Of a DNA stretch of 64,000 nt, positions 1 through 5,869 are shown in pieces. The position numbers and the translations under genes were made by a program. A model generated the notes under the pieces. It was given only the letters and a program-made list of their open reading frames with translations. It did not search any database and was not told where the DNA came from. The stretch's first letter is position 1, and each line of letters opens with the position of its first letter. Source of the DNA: a virus (lineage: Duplodnaviria; Caudoviricetes); the IMG/VR virus record IMGVR_UViG_3300042507_004106; one strand, written 5' to 3'.

Positions 1-1266
1 ACCATCAACAAACACATCTTCCCACTGAAGACCTGCGAACCAAGACTGACTATCGGTAGCAGCACTTTCAGTACCACTTACAGTATTCCAACCATAACCA
101 CCAGAGATAGAAGGAACCCAACCAGACTGAGTAGGCTGCCAGTATGCGTTCACAGCATAACCGTTGGAAGTTTGACCAGGAACCAGAGTACCAGAAGCAC
201 CATTCAGACCGTTGTAGGTACGAACACGAGTTCCTTCAGTACCATAACGATAACCGAAAGCAGCACCCCAGTTATCACCACGGTAACCAATCTGAGCAAG
301 AGTATTCAGAGCACCAGACTCGTTGAATTCACCAGTTTCACTATTGCTACCATCTTGGGCAACATAGTTTACACCAGCAATCAGACCTTTCTTACCGTAC
401 TGAACACCGAAACCAGAACCAGTTGCCTTGTTATAAACGCCAGGAGCACCAGCAACTTGGAAGAAGTCAAGAATGTTTGACTTATAAGCAGTAGGAACCC
501 AGGACATTTCAGTGTTACGAACCAGAGCACCAGCAGTCAGAGTGGTGCTGTTGTTGAACACAGGGAATGAATAATACAGACGGTCAATAACTACAGTATT
601 ACCCATATCTCCTTGAGTGTTGTCTGCCTTATCCAGTTTGAACAGTGAAGAACTGGAACCAAAAGGATTGCTGCTGAAGTTAGCAGAACGCAGACGAGTG
701 CGGAGAAGATCTTTACCAGTGAATGAAGTATCCAGGTTCAGACGAAGATCGTAATTGAATGCAGTATTGCTTACATCACCACCTTTGGTTTTGTAATCAT
801 CAACATTACCAATCACGAAGTTTGCTTCACCACGCAGTTTGGTGGTAGTGGAAAACTGTTGTGCTTCAAGTGTAGTAACTTGTGCTTCCAGTTTGTCCAC
901 ACGACCACGAAGAACGGCGAGTTCTGCAGCAAATTCTGACTGAAGACGCTTGAGTTCATCAGTAACTTCAGTTACACGGTCAAGGCAAGCATTCAGAAGT
1001 GCTGCTGCCTCAAAACGGGTCATTGCACGACCACCACCAAAGGTTCCATTAGGATAACCAGCAACGCATCCATAACGCTCTACGAGGTTGCTGAGTGCCT
1101 GATATGCCCAATCGGTAGGACGAACATCAGAGAATTGAGTGACGCTAGTGACCTGCTCAGAAGAGTATTGGTTGACTGCTACCATATTGAGATCTGCAGC
1201 ATTCGCAGCAACAGGAGCAACCATTCCCAGAGCAACAGGTGCAAGCATCAGTTGTTTGAGTTTCAT
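1..1266 (-). CDS. som: Cyanobacterial Som-type outer-membrane porin with signal peptide and SLH domain (runs off the window at position 1; missing from ORF track)
   Basis: Manual translation from ATG at 1266: MKLKQLMLAPVALGMVAPVAANAADLN..., SLH motif FSDVRPTDWAYQALSNLVERYGCVAGYPNGTFGGGRAMTRFEAAALL, coiled coil, then FSTTTKLRGEANFVIG and alternating beta-strand pattern; no stop seen before position 1. Confidence 0.92.
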   Translation of the reverse strand, partial: MKLKQLMLAPVALGMVAPVAANAADLNMVAVNQYSSEQVTSVTQFSDVRPTDWAYQALSNLVERYGCVAGYPNGTFGGGRAMTRFEAAALLNACLDRVTEVTDELKRLQSEFAAELAVLRGRVDKLEAQVTTLEAQQFSTTTKLRGEANFVIGNVDDYKTKGGDVSNTAFNYDLRLNLDTSFTGKDLLRTRLRSANFSSNPFGSSSSLFKLDKADNTQGDMGNTVVIDRLYYSFPVFNNSTTLTAGALVRNTEMSWVPTAYKSNILDFFQVAGAPGVYNKATGSGFGVQYGKKGLIAGVNYVAQDGSNSETGEFNESGALNTLAQIGYRGDNWGAAFGYRYGTEGTRVRTYNGLNGASGTLVPGQTSNGYAVNAYWQPTQSGWVPSISGGYGWNTVSGTESAATDSQSWFAGLQWEDVFVDG

Positions 1267-1326
1267 ATAGTTTGTTAAGAATTACAACTACAAGGTTTAT
1301 TTAGACGCCCCAGGAATTATGGAGCA

Positions 1327-1398
1327 AGCGGAAGACGAGATTCGAACTCGCAACAACCTGCTTGGAAGGCAGGGACTCTACCGTTGAGTTACTTCCGC
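1327..1398 (-). tRNA. tRNA-Gly(TCC)
   Basis: GCGGAAG...CTTCCGC acceptor stem, anticodon arm CCTGC-CTTCCAA-GCAGG, T-loop GTTCGAATC; no encoded CCA. Confidence 0.95.
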
Positions 1399-1448
1399 AA
1401 GTGTGGGAGATTGCTCTCCCAACGCACTTCCTTCACACGGACTTAAGA

Positions 1449-1477
1449 AGTATAAGACGAAAATTAAGTTTCGTCAA
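1449..1477 (-). promoter_or_regulatory. sigma70-type promoter TTGACG-N17-TATACT with an inverted repeat across -35 and the spacer
   Basis: -35 at 1477-1472, -10 at 1454-1449; GACGAAA/TTTCGTC inverted repeat at 1456-1475. Confidence 0.75.
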
Positions 1478-1549
1478 GCCCCCGACAAGACTTGAACTTG
1501 CGACATCAGCTTTACAAAAGCTGCGCTCTACCAGCTGAGCTACAAGGGC
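1477..1549 (-). tRNA. tRNA-Thr(TGT)
   Basis: GCCCTTG...CGGGGGC acceptor stem, D-arm AGCTCAGCTGGTAGAGC, anticodon loop TTTGTAA, T-loop GTTCAAGTC. Confidence 0.95.
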
Positions 1550-1639
1550 GAAACAGGGGAGGCCATCCCCCTGACCTAGAAATATTCTAGGTTTTAGTTG
1601 GAAGGAGTGCTCTTGAGGTTATCGCAGGATCACTTCCAA

Positions 1640-1712
1640 CTCCCCCACCTGGACTCGAACCAGGAACCCCAGAGTTAACAGCTCCGTGCTCTGCCAATTG
1701 AGCTATAAGGGA
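1640..1712 (-). tRNA. tRNA-Asn(GTT)
   Basis: TCCCTTA...TGGGGGA acceptor stem, anticodon loop CTGTTAA, T-loop GTTCGAGTC. Confidence 0.95.
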
Positions 1713-1737
1713 ATGGTTTGGAGAATAAATCTCCAAG

Positions 1738-1811
1738 CGTCTTGGGAGGGACTCGAACCCCCGACCAACTCATTAGAAGTGAGTGGCTCTGTCCATCTGA
1801 GCTACCAAGAC
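1738..1811 (-). tRNA. tRNA-Arg(TCT)
   Basis: GTCTTGG...CCAAGAC acceptor stem, anticodon arm ACTCA-CTTCTAA-TGAGT, T-loop GTTCGAGTC. Confidence 0.95.
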
Positions 1812-1816
1812 ATAAA

Positions 1817-1880
1817 GTAGGTTCCTATCGCCGCCACTCCTGAACCTACCGAAGGGGAGTGTCGCAGTTGATCTCTCAAC
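1817..1880 (-). ncRNA. Structured (predicted pseudoknot) leader of the tRNA operon
   Basis: GNRA hairpin GUUGA-GAGA-UCAAC, 8-bp stem GUAGGUUC/GAACCUAC, and loop GGAGUG complementary to upstream CACUCC; lies between a consensus promoter and tRNA-Arg. Confidence 0.55.
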
Positions 1881-1886
1881 TCTGAT

Positions 1887-1915
1887 ATTATAAGGTCTCT
1901 TGTGCTTTAGGTCAA
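1887..1915 (-). promoter_or_regulatory. sigma70-type promoter TTGACC-N17-TATAAT for the tRNA operon
   Basis: -35 at 1915-1910 overlaps the upstream stop codon; -10 at 1892-1887; 17-nt spacer. Confidence 0.85.
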
Positions 1916-2100
1916 GCCTTTGCTTCCTTGCGAGCGTTCTTCTCTTCAGTGATCTCGGTTCTACGTGCCTTGACAAGTTTAGAAATCTCTTGAAGTGCTT
2001 TACGAGCACGGGTTCCTGCTGCACTATTACCAGCAGCAAATTTTTCATCTTCTACTTTCCACGCTTCAACAGCATTCAGTAGTTCTTCTGATACGGACAT
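1912..2100 (-). CDS. Small basic histone H1-like (Hc1-family-like) protein
   Basis: Motif GNSAAGTRARKALQEISKL resembles the Hc1-like nucleoid protein signature; GGAG RBS favours the MSVSEELL start at 2100. Confidence 0.65.
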   Translation of the reverse strand: MSVSEELLNAVEAWKVEDEKFAAGNSAAGTRARKALQEISKLVKARRTEITEEKNARKEAKA

Positions 2101-2139
2101 AATAATCTCCAAAAAATAAGATATGTTTATATAGTAAAG

Positions 2140-2547
2140 TTAGTTACAATCTTCAATCCAAGGAGCACAAATTCTCATTGGTGGTGCGAGTGCCTTACAT
2201 TCGTCAGTATAGCATAAAGTCTCATCATTTTTTTCTTCTATGTATCTTGGTTGATACTTTTTGTCTGCTTCCTTAATAATCCTATCGTATTCTGGTGTTA
2301 CATCACGAATTGCCCTATCAACATCTCTTTCAACTCTACGATTTATTTTATCTGGATCATTAATTATCAAATCATTAATGATCGTTTGTGGGAAAAATTC
2401 TCTCTGAATTTGATCCAACAAATCCCAAAGTGTATTTTCTGATATCTTAGTGCATTGTGAGAGTGCTGCAATAAGAGTTGATAATACAATACCTACAATT
2501 ATAAGTTGTTTTTTTGACCTTTTATTACCGAAATTAAATTTGAACAT
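2140..2547 (-). CDS. Hypothetical protein with N-terminal hydrophobic segment and Cys-rich C-terminus
   Basis: TM-like LIIVGIVLSTLIAALSQC; C-terminal CYTDEC..CAPW..C; start MFKF at 2547 chosen because the longer ORF runs through a hairpin (2552-2578). Confidence 0.6.
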   Translation of the reverse strand: MFKFNFGNKRSKKQLIIVGIVLSTLIAALSQCTKISENTLWDLLDQIQREFFPQTIINDLIINDPDKINRRVERDVDRAIRDVTPEYDRIIKEADKKYQPRYIEEKNDETLCYTDECKALAPPMRICAPWIEDCN

Positions 2548-2582
2548 AAGAAAGGGGAGTTCTGCAGCACTCCCCTTATGTA

Positions 2583-3251
2583 TCAAACTTCTACCGTGAT
2601 CAGTCGGTTAGCATAATCATGAGCATACGAAGTGCGAGCACCATGATGCCCCCAACCAATCCAACTATACGCATAGTCCATGTAACGATTGATAGACTTA
2701 CCAGGAGTCTTCATTCGATCTTCAATCTGTTTCCATTGAACCTCATTCGTAAGATAACGAAGTTGCGTGTGAAGAGATGATGGAGAACCACCAAACTTCT
2801 TAGCAAAATCACCCAATCCATAATAACGGTTGGCAGATGTCCATTGAATCAGTCCGTAACCGCCACCGCAGTTACTCCAACTGGTTCTGCTACCACCTTC
2901 GCAAATGTTAGGAACAAAAGTTGATTCCTGACGAATATTGCCCATGATGGTAGCAAGGGCGTTTTTGTCTTTAATACCACGCTCCTGGAAAAACGCCAGG
3001 GTAGCATTTTCATGTTCATTACACCCTTTACAAATTAGCCTTTTCTCTTTTGGCTTTGGTAGTGCAACCTCGCGGATTGCTGTCTTCTTTTCATCTACAA
3101 GATCAAACTCTTTGATAATAGCAAATGGTTTGGTTGTTGGTTCCACTGGTGGTGGAGGTCCTTGCATCTTGTAGTTGACGAATGGCAGTGATGCCGTACT
3201 GGTTGTAACCGTTGCCACGAGAGGCAGGGCTACTGTAAAGAAATTTTGCAT
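2583..3251 (-). CDS. Lysozyme-like cell-wall hydrolase (phage tail lysozyme-type) with N-terminal signal/anchor
   Basis: ALATIMGNIRQES catalytic-Glu motif, GYGLIQWT, QLRYL; hydrophobic N-terminus and Pro-rich linker. Confidence 0.75.
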   Translation of the reverse strand: MQNFFTVALPLVATVTTSTASLPFVNYKMQGPPPPVEPTTKPFAIIKEFDLVDEKKTAIREVALPKPKEKRLICKGCNEHENATLAFFQERGIKDKNALATIMGNIRQESTFVPNICEGGSRTSWSNCGGGYGLIQWTSANRYYGLGDFAKKFGGSPSSLHTQLRYLTNEVQWKQIEDRMKTPGKSINRYMDYAYSWIGWGHHGARTSYAHDYANRLITVEV

Positions 3252-3378
3252 TAATTTTAATTGAACTCTACATCCGTATAGGAAAAGCGCACTTCCCCGT
3301 CTCAGGGGCAGATCCCACGGCTCTAAATCAAAGTCAAAGACTCATAAAAAAGACCCTGCTCATAACAGGGATTTCTAC

Positions 3379-3428
3379 ATAATAAGTTAATATTTAGTAA
3401 AAGTCAAGTAGTCCAATTTTCAAAGTGG
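3379..3428 (-). promoter_or_regulatory. 18-bp box plus sigma70 promoter TTGACT-N17-TATTAT, with late-type CTAAATA in the spacer
   Basis: Box CCACTTTGAAAATTGGAC at 3428-3411, 3-nt gap, -35 at 3407-3402, -10 at 3384-3379. Confidence 0.7.
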
Positions 3429-3458
3429 CACATAAATATAAAGTATACTAATACTAAA

Positions 3459-3650
3459 ATGCCAAGGGAATGGAATACTCCCAAAAGGGAACCTTGGAAT
3501 GCACCAATACATAATATACTTAAAGCAGTAGATAACCACACTCAAGAATACTTCAAGAGTGGCGATACTTGGCATCTACAAAAAGCAGATATGCTAAGAA
3601 AATATCTACATGAACTTAAAACTTGGATTCATCATCAAGAAGAAAGATGA
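3459..3650 (+). CDS. Hypothetical protein
   Basis: 63-aa ORF after late-type CATAAATA (3431-3438); ATGA-coupled to the next ORF. Confidence 0.75.
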   Translation: MPREWNTPKREPWNAPIHNILKAVDNHTQEYFKSGDTWHLQKADMLRKYLHELKTWIHHQEER

Positions 3651-3886
3651 AAATTAATCTCACAAAACTTATTTTTATTGTATGCTTTGCATCGATTAGT
3701 TTTGTTGGGATAAATTTCGTTGCATGTAATTTTATGATTCCAGGAACAATTAATACGGAAAACGTAAACGGCAGACTAAAAAATCCCCCTCCTTTAGATT
3801 GCAAAGAATCTGAAAGAAGAGGGTATGAAATTCTATTATCAATCTTAACTACAGTAATTGCATTGAGAACTAAACTAGAAGATTAG
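3647..3886 (+). CDS. Small membrane protein (two hydrophobic segments; holin/spanin candidate)
   Basis: LIFIVCFASISFVGINFVAC and YEILLSILTTVIAL; ATG overlaps the previous TGA; convergent with the endolysin. Confidence 0.6.
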   Translation: MKINLTKLIFIVCFASISFVGINFVACNFMIPGTINTENVNGRLKNPPPLDCKESERRGYEILLSILTTVIALRTKLED

Positions 3887-4497
3887 GAGTTCCAGATCTT
3901 ACCTTCTGCCTTTCTTCTTCTAAGTAATCCTGCCTCTACACTAGAACCAGGATTACGGTAGAGTTCTAATGCTTTTGGAACTTCGTTCCATTTCTTTTCT
4001 TTAAGAACTTTAGTTATAGTATTAAAATTGGAAGACCCGTAAAAACCAGCACCAAGATTATAAGCAAAAGAAAGAAGTGCTCCTTGTTGATTTTCATTCA
4101 TTTCATTCCAATAGGGGATTTTTTGTAGAGAAGGAAGAAACTCACGACGAAGTTGGAAATACAATAGATCATCTGCTTCTTCTTGAGTAATAGTATTTCC
4201 AATTAAGAACCTAGTACCATCTTTTCTACGAGTACTTCCCCATCCAATCGTAATCGGAAGTCCTCCAGTCAGAGGATCATAATACGCCTTCAAGTGGCAT
4301 CCTTCAAACTCCTTGATTAAATCCACTCCTGGAAGTGGGAGACCATCAAGAGTTGGTTCTACTTTTTGATTACGATATCTTCTAGCAAACTCATCAAGAA
4401 TTTCTTTATGCACAGATGCCTGAAGAAAATTCCAGGCATCGTTTTGATGTGGAAGATCTTTGTAATTTTTTACTGCATCAATAAATTTAATACTCAT
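3883..4497 (-). CDS. GH24 (T4/P21-type) lysozyme, endolysin
   Basis: LIKEFEG..KAYYDP...ITIGWG catalytic E/D/T region, ALLSFAYNLG, GLLRRRKAE. Confidence 0.9.
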   Translation of the reverse strand: MSIKFIDAVKNYKDLPHQNDAWNFLQASVHKEILDEFARRYRNQKVEPTLDGLPLPGVDLIKEFEGCHLKAYYDPLTGGLPITIGWGSTRRKDGTRFLIGNTITQEEADDLLYFQLRREFLPSLQKIPYWNEMNENQQGALLSFAYNLGAGFYGSSNFNTITKVLKEKKWNEVPKALELYRNPGSSVEAGLLRRRKAEGKIWNS

Positions 4498-5186
4498 AAG
4501 AACACTCTACCCCATCCTGATTTTGGACCATCAACAGTCCATCTTTTTTCCAGTACAGATCTCTTATATACAGCACCCTTACCATTTGTTACTGGTCCTG
4601 TGTAACTATCATTGAGAGATCCATAAGGATCATTCACAACATAGTCTCCAGATGCAGTCTTACCAATTACAACGAGAATGTGACCGCCAGTAGGAGCAGA
4701 CAGAGTGCCTCTATGTAGAATGCCGATACAAACTGGCCTTGCAGAATCAAGCTCACGATCAATATCTGCAAAAGAGAGATTGTACCTAAACTCAGAATTG
4801 ACTCCATACGATTTAAGTATACGAGTCTGAACTGCATGATCTGTTGTATCGCCCACTGCGAAAACCTTGCGAATATATTCATCATCGCCTTTAGGTCCTT
4901 TTAAAGTGCCTGGTTTGAAATATTCAAGACACATTGCACAAGATGATGAGTTACAAGTTCTTTGAGCGTCCCTGTAATTATCTGTCTGTGGGTAGAAAGG
5001 GACTTTAAGAATATTTGACTTCGGTGCTTCGACTTGCGTTCTGAAAATTCTAACCCAGTTCGCATCATCTTGCATTAAGTCATTTGCCCTAGCAAGTAAA
5101 TCCTTTTCAAGTTGCTCTACTGCTGCAACGTGCTTTGGATTTTTCTCATCATAAAACTTAAAAAAGTTATGAAGATCGATTTGCAT
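4494..5186 (-). CDS. Peptidase C39-like cysteine protease, probable cell-wall peptidase
   Basis: VPFYPQ..RTCNSSSCAM (Cys), GGHILVVIG (His), VNDPYG (Asp). Confidence 0.8.
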   Translation of the reverse strand: MQIDLHNFFKFYDEKNPKHVAAVEQLEKDLLARANDLMQDDANWVRIFRTQVEAPKSNILKVPFYPQTDNYRDAQRTCNSSSCAMCLEYFKPGTLKGPKGDDEYIRKVFAVGDTTDHAVQTRILKSYGVNSEFRYNLSFADIDRELDSARPVCIGILHRGTLSAPTGGHILVVIGKTASGDYVVNDPYGSLNDSYTGPVTNGKGAVYKRSVLEKRWTVDGPKSGWGRVFL

Positions 5187-5187
5187 T

Positions 5188-5364
5188 TTAGTCCCCTATG
5201 TATTCTAGTGAAAAAACATCATGCTCGGGAATATCAGGATTTAACCATTCACTAAATTCATTTTGAATTGCATATGCAGATTCAATATCATACTCAGATA
5301 ACTCATGAATGCGGTCAACTGCCCAATCATGGGAGTCACGAAGAGTCTCTTCCAAAGTTACCAT
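5188..5364 (-). CDS. Small acidic hypothetical protein (58 aa, not in ORF track)
   Basis: Manual translation MVTLEETLRDSHDWAVDRIHELSEYDIESAYAIQNEFSEWLNPDIPEHDVFSLEYIGD*; fills the gap between co-oriented genes. Confidence 0.75.
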   Translation of the reverse strand: MVTLEETLRDSHDWAVDRIHELSEYDIESAYAIQNEFSEWLNPDIPEHDVFSLEYIGD

Positions 5365-5776
5365 AATCTTTTCGCAAATAGCGTCCTAGAATATTGCTAT
5401 TATAGAACGCTGGAGTCCCATCGTCAAGTGATTCTCTTAGTACATTATTTAGAAAAAGTTGTTTTGTCTCTTCATAATTACAATCACCTTTAGTCTTATG
5501 CAGGCTTATAATTTCTCTACTGAAGAACTCTTTTCCGTATTTTTTAATATCATCCTTTAATTCTGGACAAGAACCATAATACTTCTTCCAGTCTGATTCT
5601 TGTTTTACTTTTCTCTTCTTTCCTGGAGGAGTTCTAAAAGACCAAAAATATTTTCTACCCCAGTACTTACGATTAGTTTTATCACAAGATATAAGGTATA
5701 CAAAACCAAAATAATCTTGAATATCAGAAGACTCAAAAATTTCTCCATTGAATCTCCAAGGATTCTCATAGCTCAT
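5336..5776 (-). CDS. GIY-YIG-family endonuclease (Seg-like)
   Basis: GFVYLI...RKYWGRK variant GIY-YIG motif, YYGS, conserved Glu helix (YEETKQ), YN near the C-terminus. Confidence 0.7.
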   Translation of the reverse strand: MSYENPWRFNGEIFESSDIQDYFGFVYLISCDKTNRKYWGRKYFWSFRTPPGKKRKVKQESDWKKYYGSCPELKDDIKKYGKEFFSREIISLHKTKGDCNYEETKQLFLNNVLRESLDDGTPAFYNSNILGRYLRKDYGNFGRDSS

Positions 5777-5824
5777 ATAGTAATCTTATAGAGCTATTAT
5801 TTATCCTTCAACCTTAGCAAAGCG

Positions 5825-5859
5825 ATTCTAGCAATAAAAAAGAGGGTTGTCAACCCTCT
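5825..5859 (-). terminator. Intrinsic terminator fused with sigma70 promoter TTGACA-N17-TAGAAT
   Basis: AGAGGGT-TGACA-ACCCTCT-TTTTT; the -35 lies in the hairpin and the -10 at 5830-5825. Confidence 0.75.
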
Positions 5860-5869
5860 AGATCTTATA

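Noticed and set aside
144-480. Plus-strand ORFs of 60 and 102 aa
   Set aside because: They are antisense shadows of the porin, which is open throughout on the minus strand.
1399-1441. glnA glutamine riboswitch (GAAGGAAG resemblance)
   Set aside because: The order of conserved elements and the three-way junction do not match what I recall of glnA, and it precedes a tRNA; a cmscan is needed to exclude it fully.
1551-1640. Spacer as a degenerate or permuted tRNA
   Set aside because: No TTC-containing T-loop, no D-loop GG and no cloverleaf; kept only as a structured spacer.
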